Source: Cetorhinus maximus
Taxonomy: Eukaryota
Assembly (NCBI RefSeq): GCF_964194155.1
Contig: NC_135879.1
Coordinates: forward strand, 31,310,001-31,374,000
Reading direction: 5' to 3'
Length of the DNA stretch: 64,000 nt
The position numbers were made by a program, and so were the translations under genes. Below, in pieces: positions 13,401 through 28,400 of this stretch. A model generated the notes under the pieces. That model saw nothing but the letters and a program-made list of their open reading frames with translations, was not told the DNA's origin and ran no database searches. The first letter of the stretch is position 1; every line of letters starts with the position of its first letter.

Positions 13401-16400
13401 GCCTCTACCTGCACAGTTTGTGCACTTTTCATGGTTAATATCATTGAAGAACGCTTCACTGGCAATCAGGTAGTGGCTTGCGGCACTGCCTCCATTGGTG
13501 AATCAGCGTAAGTCTGCTTAATGACCCTATGTGAGCAAATCTTTTCCCCAGTGCATTTTCTCATTCTTATTGACTAACAGGGCAGTTTTCAATGCATGTT
13601 GAGATGGAATGTGGCGACCCACTTTTCGACCCCCCAACCCTCCAACTGCCTCTATGTGCTCTGGCCATTACCAAACAAACTGTCCTGCTACCTATTCCTG
13701 GTGTTGGATGGGACCAGACATCCATTGCGACTATCCTTACAGCTAGCTTTTGCATGCCTTGTGCATTTCCTCCTCCCTGCCAAACAACCTCACTAGCCTT
13801 GGACATTTTATTTTATAAGTGTGGTGTCTCATTCCTTCAGTATTTAATTAGTGTTGGACATATATTTTTTGTCTCTCTCTCTCTCTTTTTCTCTCAATTT
13901 GATCTTTCTTCCCAATCATTATTTCACTTTATGTACATGATTTAAATCTAATTTATACTTTCTGGTTTGCAGTTTGCATGCCTCATTGTGGATTCTTCAA
14001 TCTGATTGGTTGAAATGCCTCACTGTTGCTTGCCCTGCTCCCAGTTGCCACAGATCCCCTGTAGAGGGCCCTGTGATGGACCAAATGATTGATGACAACA
14101 AGCCTCTGCTCAAAAGCTTCTGGAAACTCTGTGAGCAGCTGTCAGTTTCACCACTGACCTGAAAATCCATTGTACTTTAAAATATTTATGCTGCCAATGA
14201 GTCACAGAATTTAAACAGGCTCTATGAGTATTTGGTGTATCGGTATCTATGCTTTCTTTGAGTTTCTAACTTTAACCTGCACTTGGGAACTTTCCAAAAT
14301 GATGGCCAAATACCTCTGGAGAAAATTTATTGGTAGTCTAGTTCTAAAGTATTAAAACATGCACCATGCATATAAAGACTTTTAAAACCATATTTTTATT
14401 GGAACAAGAATAAGATAGTTAAAGCTTATAACTTGATAGTTAAAGCTTATGAACATGGAACTTATCTAAAATATGTAAGGGCCCTACTGCGCAATTTACA
14501 CACAGCTCTTTTTGTTGTGAATTATTTGGTTGCTATTGCTCAGATAAGAGTTACATAAACTGTTGTCTGCATGTGTACTCCAGTCAGTTTATATCCTAAT
14601 GATGATTGTTATATTCTCTTAGTCTGTTTATGCCTTTCTCTCATGTGGGTGGAACCAGTATATTGTACTGTGGGACAGTTTGACTAATAAGAGGGAGCAA
14701 AATGTGGCAAATGTGTCTGTGCTCTACCCTTGTGATTTCAGAGGTACCTATCTTCTTTATTGCTCTTCTTGGTAATATTCAAATAAAGGTTGAAATTATA
14801 TGAAAGAAGAGGGGAACTGTGCATACAGTACATGAATGAATTGGTCTTAAATTTGGTTGCTGGCAGATGAATAGCATCTTCTCTTCCTTCTCTGCTTCAA
14901 CAGCATCAGGATGAGGTAGATCTATCAACAACTTTGTTTAATAGAGTAGGAGCTCAAGGAATCTGGTGATGGTAATGTCTTGTGTACAAAATCTCAATTG
15001 TCTAAGTAGTGAAATTTGTTGTAACCACGAGGTTTATCAGATTGTTATCTTTTGGAACTGTGCCTTTAAGGCAAAACAAAGGGGTCATGTGAGCAGCTCT
15101 GAAGTCTGTTTGACAACAGGCGTGGCACGATTAAAGATCAAATGGAGGCCCAGATTGTGTTGCTGGGGATTTGGGGGAAGTTGTTCATGCTTGGATACAA
15201 TGGCAGCAGTCTCTTGAGTTCACAAAGGGTGAACTTTGATTCCCCCAGTGTCCCAGAAAGTTGTTGAAAGTATCGGGTTGTGAATAGTTGTGCTGTGACC
15301 TGCCCATTTACTTCTAAGATGAAAGATTGAGGTCAAGAATGGCTAATCAACATTTCTACTTGGATGCGAGGCTAATGTGTTTCACATTGACATGGGGAAG
15401 AGTGCAGAAGAAGCCATTTGTGAGATCAAGTCCAGGCTTCCCTATAAATCAATGAATGTCACAGCCAGACATCAGTTTTTGTGTGGCCAGCAGAGAGGAG
15501 AGGCTGCTTGGCTTTGCGGACTACCACAGCCAGATGTGGGAGGGAGATAGTATCTAGTCAAAAAGATGCATCCCACAGCCAGAGAGGAAAACTCATCGAG
15601 ACAGGCTTTGCTGTTGGTAGTGAATTTAGGAAATTCCCTGAGAACTAAGGGAAACTTTGAGGTAGTCATTCACATTACTACTCAGCAAAATGGGGAAAAA
15701 TTGAACTTATTGGAAGCTGGAAGCGACGGTGGACTGTTTGCTATAAGGAGTGTTAATCTGTGGCGAGTGAGATATGTGATAAGTATAAAAGAGGAATGTT
15801 TCTTTCTGTGGTTTAAAATATAAATTGGCTACAAAAATAGCATTTAGTCAATAGTGTTTTTAGTCATTTGTTACATTAAAAACCTTAAAACGTGAAATCT
15901 TGCCGCATTATCCTTTTCAGCTACTAACTGGAAGTTTGAATTTCTTTTTAAACATCATTGGTCTATGGAGATTGTTATAAATGAAACAAAGCTAAACAAT
16001 GATTCCAAATAAATGGTTTTTTTTGCAGTGAAGACACATTGGTTGAGACATTGCAGGAAAATCGAAGCCGCTGGACATCAATCCGGATAATGTACCTCAC
16101 TATGTTCCTCAGTAGTATCGGTAGGTATTGCACTCGGAGTTAACCACTGAGATCCATTTTATGTATAAAGATTAATTGTGACGTAACTGGACTACATTTG
16201 AGTTGAATTATCTTTTTACTCCACTCCAATGGAATCTCACTCCAGAGATTGAGTGCAAAGATCTAGCTGACACTCCAGAGCAGTACTGAGGTAGTACTCT
16301 GCTGTCAGAGGTGCTATCTTTTGAATGAGACATTAACCGAGGCCTAGTCTGTCTTTTAAGTAGGCGTAAAAGATCCTGTGGCACTATTTTAAAGAGCAGG

Positions 16401-19400
16401 GGAGCTATCACTGGTGTCCTGGCCAAAATTCCCAGTATATTTGGTCATTATCATATTACTGTTTGTGTGAGGTTGTGTGTAAATTGACCACTGCTTTTCC
16501 AACGCTGCAGCAGTGACTACGGGCAGGATTTTCTGGTCCCGCTTGTCGCGGGACCGGAAATTCCTGCCGAAAGTCAATGGACCTTTTGCTGGCTGTCAAA
16601 TTTTCCATTCCGCCCATGACGATTCCCGTGATGGGCAGGACCGGAAAATCCCAGCCTACACTTCAAAAGTACTTAATTGGCTGTCAAGTGCTTTGGGGTG
16701 CCCTGAAGTTGTGAAAGGTGCTATATAAATGCAAGCCTTTGTTTACATGTGACCTTGGGACAGCAAACACTTTTAAATATTGTACATTTATATTCATCCC
16801 ACTTTACTCCTGAAGCATTATGTAATAGCTAGTAAAGTTCTGCTTTCCAAAATCCATTAAGTTAATACTTTTCATTCAGCATTTAGTTTTCTTTCTCTCG
16901 CAGCCCTGCCTATTTTTAAAAAAACATTATGTTCCTGTGCCAACCTAGGGTGTGGGCAGACTTTCTGACCCCAGATGATGCTGCTGTTTATGTGGAGGTG
17001 TTTGAGGCAAGCCTGCCATCTGATATATTTATTTACTTTATTTCCCCCTCCTCCACCCCCAGCCTTTGGATAAGTCCCTAATTGCACAGATGAGGAATTA
17101 TCATTAATGCTCTATAACATGTAGATGTCACTGTATTTTTTTTAATCTTCAGCATTCTGCCAGAGTAGATTATTTTCTGACATGTCTTAAAAAAATTGAC
17201 TGTAACAACATGCCCAGAAGCATCAATGTGATCTCAGCAGCATAGTAGACAGTTGGCCATTGGGGGTAGAAGGAAAGGAGACATCAGGCAGGAAGTTGTT
17301 ACTGGATTGCTCTCAAATACTTTCTAGTGGGCCAGTCCAAGTCAGCATTGCTTGAGGACAGGAGGCAGATTGCAGAGCTGTCACCACTAAGACCAGAACA
17401 TAAGGAGGAAGGAAATAAGTTTTTTTCAAAGTGGGTAGCTTAAAAACATGGGGCTGGATTTTTGCAGAGTTAGAAAGACTTCACTGGCCTTTAAAAATGG
17501 TGAGAAGGACTTGGATGCAGAAATAGCCTCCCTCCCCATTTCTGACGGATCCAATTTTTGCTGGCAGGGAAAAGCGGGCAGGACGTGACTCATGCAGGTG
17601 TGAAACCCAAACTCCGCAGAGCCATTTGCAATTCAGGCTGAGTTCAAACAGACCCTATTTTAGCTGTTCTGAAGGCCTCAACCCACAGTGTCGAAGTCAT
17701 GAATTGATGGAGTAGACTTTAAAACTCTTGAAGGATGGATAGGTCTGTTTAAGTGTCATGATCTGAAGTTTACATTAAATCCCCTGATCTTTGAACTCAA
17801 AAAATATGTAAACTGTCAATGAGAGTTTTAAAAAAAAACAGTCTGCTGGACTGTTTTGACTGACAGGCCATCTGGTGCAGATTAGAACAAAATTACCATC
17901 TGTTCGTGCAGTTTCAATAGAGTTCTTTGTTGACATTTTCCAAGGGCTATTATTATGTCATTATGAATGCTTACCTGAGCTTCAGAAACTACATTTATCC
18001 CAGCAGGGGGTTCTGAGTTCACAGTTTGATTGACAATTTAAGAGGATATTAAATGATTAGCTGTCTTTGATATGGGGTCTGAGTAGAAATTTATTTGTTT
18101 TTATGAGATTGAACACTTGAGGAGATTTAAAAATTTAAATGGGTTTCATGAATTAGATTTTTTTCACTATCAAGCGCGCATGAAATTGTTAAAAGCTCCT
18201 GCGGACTGGCCATGGTGGATACTGGATAAGTGGCAATGGAGGTGGCATGAGGGGCTATGAGAGTGCATGGGGATGGGTGAAGGGGTGGAGGAGTGAGAGC
18301 TCGAGGGCCTAACAGTTTCTAAAACAATTGGAATCAAGTCCCAGAGAATTGAGTCAAGCCTTCTATCCAGCCCACCTCGGCACTTGCCCATCCCCATGGC
18401 CATCTAGGATTTTTGCTTCTGGGGTTGGTGGGCCTGACTCAATTGCATTCCCACCTCCCTGAACCAAAAAGTTAGTCTAACGGTGTCCGTTTAACCTTGG
18501 TGGGTCTGCTGAGTCAGGAAATTTCCCAACTCAAGCTACCCACCTTGATTGAGAAAATTCGGCCCATGGTCTTAAGATATGAAAGATCAGACTTACAATA
18601 TTCATTTGATTTGATATGTATTTAAACAACAATGACTAAAACATAAATATCTTTGTTATGAAGAAGGCTGTACTGACTATATATAGTAAATTATCTTTTT
18701 TTCTGCAGGTTTCTCAGTTGTAATGGCTTCTATATGGCCATTTCTTCAAAAGGTTTGTGACTTTCTTCTTAGTCATTTCATATTGAATTACATAGTGTTG
18801 TATGAATCACAATTTTCAATACCTGTATAACTCCAAGCTGATTTCAGATCAGGATTATTTAAGCTGTCAGTCTTGGCTCTGTGGTAGCGCCTTTGCCTCT
18901 AAGTCAGAAAGTTGTAGGTTCAAGTCCCTCTCCAATACTGAGGGAGAGCTGCACTGTTGAATGAGACAGTAAACCACATGCAAATTGGCTACCATGTCTA
19001 CCTACAGAGCAATAGAGGCCACAAATTAAAAAGGACTTAATTGACTGTAAAGTGCTTTGGGATGTCCTGAGGTTGTGAAAGACGCTATATAAATGCAAGT
19101 TCTTTCCTTTTTTTCTCTAAAGAATTCTCTAATATAGATACGTATCCTAAGAGTAGATTGTACCAGATCAAAGCTTCCCTTTTATACTGATATCAGTGAT
19201 TATCTGGAGGACATGTGTTTTTTGAAGCATGTGATGATGGCTTTTTAAGTCACCTCATGTAGACACTTTTCTTTCCACCATGGTGCTCCCACTTGATTAT
19301 GATTGAAGAATGCTACTTGAAAGTGAGCCTAGTTCACTCTCACATAGGTGGTACAGCAAAGATATTAACATTAGGCACAGACTGGAAACCTATTGCTGCC

Positions 19401-22400
19401 TAAATTAAATGTTAAGTGGAAAGGTTATACTGAAGTGCCAAATACAGATTAAGTAATCATAGATGGAAAAACGTTAGACATCCTTAATAGTGACTGATTA
19501 AGATTGTTTGTTTTTAACATGCTTTAATTTATATACAGAAAGTTGTTTAACATTGCAATATGCTTCTTTACTGCAGGTGGATAATTCTGCAGATGCCAGT
19601 TTTCTTGGATGGGTCGTTGCTTCTTATAGTCTGGGACAAATGGTTGCTTCTCCACTATTTGGTGCATGGTCAAATTACAGACCAAGAAGAGAACCTCTTA
19701 TTATATCAATTTTCATTAATGTTGCAGCAAACATACTTTATGGCTATGTACATGCCCTTCCATCACATAATAAGTACTATTTGCTGCTTAGTCGAGCATT
19801 TATTGGATTTGGAGCAGGTAAGACCAAGCTTGTGTGAAAGAAACGCAAGTAGCACTGTTATGAATTTTAGCAAAATGGACAAATTCTAGGGTAAAGGCTA
19901 AGTTTATTGGGCTATCCTTATATTCTGATTCAGAAAGCATTGAAAACTTAAATACACATAAATAACAGGGTCATTTAAGAAAATTTGCTAGGCTTTAGTT
20001 TGACTCTGAATATTCGGGTTTAATTTATATAACGCTGATTGTTCTGTTAAAATCTTTCCTGAAACTATTATCGTTCCATTTGGCTTATTCAGTTTTCTAA
20101 ATATCATCAGTGCCCATTCAGATCCAAAAGCCATTTTCCCCACTAATCAATTGCTTTGCTGATGATCTCCTGAAATGGTTCTGCGTAAAAGTTGGATCTT
20201 TAGGTGTTGCGAATCATTTTTGAAATAAAAGTCCTCTTCAGTAATGTGCTGCTGAGATTTCTGTTCAAATAGTTATTTTACAGAGTAAAAACAAGTTTCT
20301 GGTGTGAGTGAAGGATTCTGTCTTTGAACACGTCAGGTGATTCTTGCAGTCCTGTCAAGAATTAGATAACTTACATAACTGCTGGAGTTCATCTGAAGCT
20401 TTAATTTAATTCAGTTGATGTTGTGTTATTTCCTGTTTTTGTTAGGAAACCTTTTTACCTTCAATAAACAAGTCATGGGGCCTCTTCATCTCTTTCCCTC
20501 TTTTGCCATTGTCTTTACCCTGCAGTGGGAATTCTGACAACTGTGATCCTTGATACAGCTCAGGGATGTGATCCTGGTTGTGCTGCCATCTTCAACTGAA
20601 ACTAATTGTACCAAAATGTATGCACTGATACATAGATGTTGTGCCATGTGGCATAACACAAGTAATACTTCTCCAGTGATTAGATGATGATGGATAGCCA
20701 GTTTGTGTGACAAATATGACCTGGCTAGTTCTGTTGTGTTTGTCCTTCAGCATATTGCCTGTTGGTTCCAAGAGTCAGGTTTGCATCAATGGTTAGTGGT
20801 ACAAATTTGGTGTCAGCCATGCTTCAGTTGGTAGCATTCTTGCCTCTGAGTCAATACGTTTTTTGTTTAAGCCCAACTACATAGGCTTGAGCACAAAATC
20901 TAGGTTGACACTCAAGTGCAGTACTGAAAGAGTGAGAGGTGCCATCTGTCAGATGAGATATTAATCCGAGGCCCCGTCGAATCTCTCAGGTTGGTGTAAA
21001 AGATCCCGTGCCACTATTTCGAAGAAGAGTGGAGGAGTTCTCCCTGGTGTGTTAACCAATATTTATCCCCCAACCATCGTCTAAAACAGACGATCTATTC
21101 GTTTTCTCATTGCTGTTTTGTGGAACCTTGCATATGCAAATTGGCTGCCGCATTTCCTACATTACAACAGTAAACTGCACATCAAAGTATTTAATTAGCT
21201 GTAGGGTGTTTTGGGACACCCTGAGGATATAGCAAATGCAGTACTTCTGAAGTGTAGTCACTGTTGAAGGAAATGTGGAGCCGATTTGTGCACAGAAAGA
21301 TGCCACAAACAGCAATGTAATAATGACCAGATAATCTGAGTTTTACTGATGTCAATTGAGGGATAAATATTACACTGGCCACAGGAGAGATCTTCTCTGC
21401 TCTTCTTCAAAAAGTGCCATGGGATCTTTTACATCCACCTGAGAAGGTATATAGGACCTTGGATAAATGCCTCATCTGAAAGATGGCACCTTCGACCATG
21501 CAGCACTCCCTCAATACTGCACTAGAGTATCAGCTTAGGTTTTTTGCTCAAGTCTGACACTTTAGACAAAGCATTAAACTATACAGCATAGAAAGGTATA
21601 GGTTTTATTTCTTGTCCCTGCTGAATTAGTTGATCTTAAAGCTTGTAATGGTGCTAAAATATGTCTCGGTGTCCTTGGGCTAGGGAGGGAGAAAATCAGC
21701 CAAAGAGTCCTGTTCTTGATTGCTATCTGTAAACCCTGGCTACTAAGTGTGATTATGTTGATGTTAGGTAGTGTCAGGATCAGTCTTTGGGTATGAGGTT
21801 CCCCTTAGTTGAAGAGTTTGTTGGCATTGACTCAGTATATGAATGGCTGCTTGGGTGAGGTGCTGCAGGGTGACCAGCACCTTTCAAATTGTACCCCAAC
21901 TGCTTACAGAAGAGGGCAAAAGGAAAACATTTGGCCTGAAAGAACTTTATGCAAGGCTTGCAGGTTTTTTCCCTACAATTTTCTCCCTGCAGTTTTCTCT
22001 TTTCTGATGGTACTGGCTCTTGCTTGTGCACAATTCACAGAAAATGTCACCCCCCTCCCCCCACCAGGACCTCTGTCAAATAGCCATTCTCCATGTGGAA
22101 AGCTGGACAGTGCATCTCAGTATAGGTTTTCATATGGTTGAGAACGGCAGTCAAGCTCAATCCTGATTTTGCTCCCTGGTGGTTCAGGTGCACTGACGCC
22201 AACTGTGGGAGTGCAGTATTCACCTGGCTGAGAGCAGCAAACTCAGCACAGATCAAAAATTAACTCTGGAATTTTCTGGGCTGTATGATTTGGTATTACA
22301 CCTCATGAATGAAATATACAGTAAAATATAAGTTTGGATATTAGAGGAATTTTTTTTGATGTGAAAGTTTCAGTGGTCTTTTGGTCTCTTTTCAGTTCCA

Positions 22401-25400
22401 CCTTCAGGGCTTGGTGGTGTTCACAGCTTTGTCCAATCTAAAATGCAAAGTGTACCGTAATCTTCGACTCTCAATTCTTGGGGGCCCTACTGAGGCAATT
22501 TCTCCATTATCTGTGTGGGCACAGGATAAATTTAGGGCAAGACCCAGTTACACTAGATTACAACATCTGGAAAGCCTCACACTTCATTCTTGTGCAGGAA
22601 GTGTACCCTGCCTCTCACCTGTCAACTAGTAGGTGTGCCTGAATTTCTGGGCTGGTGTTTATAAAATAAAAAAAGCTTAATGACTTTTTTTTTCCTTTTT
22701 TCTTTCATGGGATGTGGGTGTCGCTGGCAAGGCCAGCATTTATTGCCCATCCCTAATTGCCCTTGAACTGACTGGCTTGCTTGGCCATTTCAGAGGGTAG
22801 TTAATGCTCAGTTGGGGATTAGCATTCACTGACCAGCACATCAGGGCATATAATTAATTTAATCATGATCTTAATTACAAATCAGAGGTGTCCATCTTGT
22901 TTTTTGTTTTACTTATATGTTTAAATGTGGCAGGTTCATAAAGAAATGTATCAGTAAAGATGGTTTAGCAGCGCAAATGCAACTTGCTTCAAGGTGTGCA
23001 GATTACAGCATCAAGGGAATAAAGAATTTCCAGTTAATTCCCTAGAAGGTTGTAGGAAATATGAGCATTTTTATCAATGTGGTTAGAACATATTTTTGCA
23101 ATATAAATATCTATGCTAAAGCAATAAAACTTTGAGAATGTAAATGTTTCCAAAGTGTTTCACCAGATGCAGACTCAATTTGTCTCGCCATTAAAGCAGG
23201 GAAAATTTCTTGTAGTTTGAGGTTAAATTTGCTATGAATCCACATGAAAGGTTTTTTCTTATTTATGGGATGTGGGCATCGCTGGCTAGGCCAGCATTTA
23301 TTGCCCATCCCGAATTGCCCTTGTTCAGAGGGAATTTAAGAGCCAACCACATTGCTGTGGGTCTGGAGTCATATGTAGGCCAGACCAGGTAAGGACGGCA
23401 GATTTCCTCCCCTAAAGGACATTAGTGAATCAGATGGGTTTTTACAACAATCGACAATGGTTTCATGGTCATCATTAGACTTTTAATTCCAGGTTACTAT
23501 ACAAGATAAGAGCTCATGGGTTGGGGGTAATATATTGGCATGGATAGAGGATTGGCTAACGAACTGGAAACAGAGGTCATGATAAGTGGGTCATTTTCAG
23601 GTTGGCAAACTGCAACAAGTGGACTGCACAATGATCAGCGCTGGGGCCTAAATTATATGCAATCTACTGTATATTAATAACTTGGATGAAAGGGCTGAGT
23701 ATATCGTGAGTATTGCTGATGATACAAAGATTGGTAGGAAAGCAAGCATGAGGAAGACACAAAGGATCTGCAAAGGGATATAGCTGGGTTAAGTGAGTGG
23801 GCAAAAATTTGGCAGATGGAGTATAATGTGGGAAAATGTGAGGTTGTCCACTTTTTTGGCAGGAGGAAGAGAAAAGCAGAATATTAGTTAACTGGAGAGA
23901 GAATGCAGAGTGCTCTGGTACATGAATCACAAAATGTTAACATGCAAGTACAGTAAATAACTAGGAAGGCAAATGGAATGTTAGGGTTTATTGTAAGGGG
24001 ACTGAGTATAAAAGTCAGAAGTCTTGCTACAACTGTACAGGGAATTGGTGAGATCACACTTAAAGTACTGCTTATAGTTTTGGTCTCCTCACTTAAGGAG
24101 GGATATACTTGCATTGGAGATATTACAGACCAGGTTCACTAGGCTGATTCCTGGGATGAAAGAGTTGTCTTATGATGAAATGTTGAGCAACTTGGGCTTA
24201 TACTCACTGGAGTTTAGAAGAATAAGAGGTGATCTCATTGAAACATGTGAGGTTCTGAAAGGGTTGATAGAATGAATGGTAAGAGGATGTTTCCTCTTGT
24301 GGGGGACCCTGGAACTGGGGGCACAGTTTACAAATAAGCCATTTAAGGTGGAGATGAACAGAAATGTCTTCTCTTAGAGGTTCATTAATCTTTCAAATTC
24401 TCTACTCCCAGGAAGCTGTGGAAGCTTGGGCATTGACTATAAATTTTTGATTGACAAGTGAGTCAAGGGTTATGTGGGGGGGTTGAGGGTGAGGCGGCTG
24501 TAGGAACGTGGAGTTCAGGCCATAATTAGATCAGCCATGACCTTATTGAATGATGTGCAGGCTTGAGGGGCCAATTTGCCTGCTTCTACTGCTAATTCTT
24601 TTGTTATTCTTATTTAAGGAGGCACTGTTTTTCTTAAAGGGTCTTTTTTTACGAAAAGCTTATTTATTGTTTAGTGAATGTTGAATGCTATGCAGCAAAT
24701 TGCTTAAACAATTATTCTTTTTGGAATATGTCAGTGCAATGGAACTAACATGGGTAATTTCTTTACCACTGTCAAAGAGAACATCTTGCTACTCTAAAAG
24801 CAGATTATATGGTCACTGGCTGAGGGACAGGAAACAGAGAGTAGTGATGAATGGTTGTTTTTTGTAAACGAGAAAGGTAAACATGGGGTTCGCCAGGGGT
24901 CGGTACTAGGACCAATGCTTTCCTTGATACATATTTATGTCCAAGACTTTGGCATGCAGGACAAATTTTCAAAATTTGGAGATGACACAAAACTTGGAAA
25001 CATTGTGAACTGTGAGGAGAATAGTGATAGACTTCATGAGGACATGGACAGGAATGGGTGAACACTTGGCAAATAAAAGTTAAATGCAAAGAAGTGTGAA
25101 GTGACAAATATTGGGAGGAGAAGGATCAAGGAGAGGCAATATAAAATAAAGAATATGATTCTAAAGGAGGCGCAGGACCAGGCGGACCTGGGGGTACATG
25201 TGTGCAAATCAATGAAGGTGGAAAGGCAGGTTGAGAAAGTGGTTTAAAAAGGTACATGGGATCCTGGGCTTTATAAACAGGGCAGTGGGTAGAAGAGCAA
25301 AGCAGTTACGATGAGCTTTATAAAATGCTGCTTCAACCTCAACTGGAGTACTATGTCCAACTCTGGGCACTATACTCTAGGAAGGATGTGCAGGACACTT

Positions 25401-28400
25401 TAGGAGGGTGCAGAAAAGATTTACTAGAATGGTTCCAGGATGAAGGACTTCAGTTACATGGATGGATTGGAGAGAAGATTGAGTGGAGATTTGATGGAGG
25501 TGCCCAAAATCATGAGAGGTCTAGACAGAATAGATGAAGAGAAACTGTTTCAATTGCCTTCAGTTGCCTAGCTCTGGAATTCGCTCCCTACACCTATCCG
25601 CCTCTCCATCTCCCTTTCCTCCTTTAAGGCACTTCTTAAAACCTATCTCTTTGACCAAGCTTTTGTCATCTGAGCTAATACCTCCTTATGTGGCTAGGTG
25701 TCATACTTTGCTTTATAATGCTCCTGTGAAGCACCTTGAAATGTTTCATTTTGTTAAAGGTGCTGTATAAATATATATTGTTGTATTGGCGGATGGGTCA
25801 GGAACCAGAGGGCACCAATTTAAGCTGAATGGCAAAAAAACCAAAGGCGACATGAGGAAACGCTTTTTTATGCAGTGTGTGGTTAGGGCCTGGAGTGAAA
25901 TGCCTGAGATTATGGTGGAGGCAGATTCAATCATGGCTTTCAAAAGGGATTTGGATAATTACCTGCAGAGAAAAGGGCAGGGAGTGGCACTAGCTAATTT
26001 GCTTTTGCAGAGAGCTGGCGCAGACTCAACAAGCCAAATGGCTGTCTACTGTGTTGTAATCATTCTATGATCCTATATTGCTGTCTGTGGGAGTTCTTTG
26101 TGTACAAAATATGCTACATTACAACAGGAACTACGCTTCAAAAATTAGCTGGAAAATATTTGGAACATCCTGAGACTCTGAAAGGCTTTATATAAATGCA
26201 AGTTTTCCTTTCTTTTAGAGCGTTTGCATTTTATCACAGAGGCATTTTCTTTATTTGTTAAAAATGAATATCTGTTTTAATTTGTGTTATATCGATGCAG
26301 TTTTTTTTACAAGAGATTTCCCATTTTTCATTTGTTTGTGGAGTTTGGAAAGGATGTTGTGACAAGGCCTAAAGTTTGATGGCCTGATCTACCGGAAACA
26401 AAAATTTCAGTTAGAAATTCAATTTGTTACTGTATTTTATTTGGAACAACTAGGGAACTAACGATTTAACTTCAGACTTTTTATCTTTTAAGTTGATTTT
26501 AGAATTTAATAGTAGATAATGAGCTTAATTGGAAGTCATACCCCTTAGGTTAAGTACAACTTTAGAGTTGGTCAGTATAGGGACAGGAGGGTATGACTGA
26601 GTCAGACAGATATGGGGATCCAGAATGTAGTGATGGAGGAGCCTGAGCTCTTGACTTTGACCAACAGCCATGGGGTACTTGCTACGTGTGAATGAGAACA
26701 AGGACAGCAGAGTGGATGAGCAAACTGATCATGGCCCCATGGTGCAGGATGCCATTTGAATTGGGGGAGTGATAAGAAATGTGTTAGCGATAGGGACACT
26801 GTAGTCAGGGGGATAGTTACTGTTCTCTGCAACTGGGACCAGAATGTTGTGTTGTCTGTCCTGTGACAGTTTAAGGACATCTCCTCATAGCTGGGGACAA
26901 ACTTGGAGTGTGAGGAGCAGGATCTTGTTGTCATGCACCACATAGGAACAAAAGAAATATGTAGAACTGGGAATCTTGATCTGCTGAGAGAGTTTGGGGA
27001 ATGAGGATCCAAATTAAAATACATGACCTCAAAGGTGGTAATCTCTGGATTGTTACCTGAGACACATGACAATTAACATAGGGTCAAGCAGCTTAGAGAA
27101 TTAAATGTGTGGCTCAAAGAATGGTGTGGGAAGAAGGGGTTTCGATATCATGGGGGTCTGGCACCAGTCCCAAAGAGGGAGCTGTTCTGTTGGGATTGGA
27201 TCCGCTTAAACTGGGTTGGGGTCAGAGCCCTGGCGAATTGTAGATCTAAGGCTGTGGATAGGGCATTAAACCAAAAGAGATGAGAGGAGGAGGGTTCAGG
27301 TGAAGGGAGGTTTAGAAATCTAAAGAGAAAAGCTGAGGCAATAGAACAGTGTAGCGATTTAGGTAAAGACAAACCGAGTGGGAAAGACAGGGACAGAGAG
27401 TTGAATGGTAATAGTGTTTCAATGAATAAGGTCCATGCAAATAATAGTAATTAAAAAAATTAAAGACTCTTTATCTGAATGCGTGAAACATTTGTAATCA
27501 GATAGATGAACTACTGGCACAAATAGAGATAAATGGTTTAGATCTAATTGCCATTACAGAGACATGGTTAAAAATGACCAAGGTTGGGAAATAAATATTC
27601 CAGGGTACACTGGAACCATACATTGTAGGACTAACTAGGGATAAAGCTATTTTAGATCTAGTATTGTGCAATGTGGCAGGGTTAATAGTAATCTCATAGA
27701 AAAAGATTGGCTGAGAAAAAAATCACTATAATACAATTGAATTCTATATTAAGTTTGACCCAAACAAGAATCTTAAACTTAAACAAAACCAACGCATAAT
27801 TATGAGGGGAGAGCATGAATAAGGATGATTAGATAAATAGACTAAAAGGTATGGCAATAAATAAAGTGGGAAATACTTAAAGAAACAATTCAAAATGTTC
27901 AACAAAAATATGTTCCATTAAAAAACAAAACCTCAACAAGAAAGATCCTTCCTTAGCTTGCTAGGATAGTTTAGGATAGTATTACATTAAAGAAGAGACT
28001 TATAATGTCACAAAGAATAATGGTAAACCTGAGTATTGGGAATGTTTTAGAAACCCAAAAAGAGTGATCAAAATGTTGACAAAAAGAAAAAAAATAGAAC
28101 AAGAGTAAACTGGCCAGGAATATAAAAACATATAGAAAGAGCTTTTGCAACTGTATAAAATGGAGGAGGGTAGCTGAAGTAAATGTTCGTCCCTTGGAGG
28201 CAGAGACAGGAGAAATTACCATGGGGAATGTGGAAATGGCAGAGATATTTGTTATGATATGACAGGTGGTATTTGCCAGGCTGACCAAATCCACAAGGGA
28301 AACTTGGCTATGCTCTCATAACGATTTTGTAATCCACCTCCATCCTTATGGAAAAATAAACTGTCATAATTTTAAAAGACGGTTTCATTTTCTCAACCCA

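Noticed and set aside
14414-14450. Tandem GATAGTTAAAGCTTAT duplication
   Set aside because: Simple 21-bp-period slippage with two copies only
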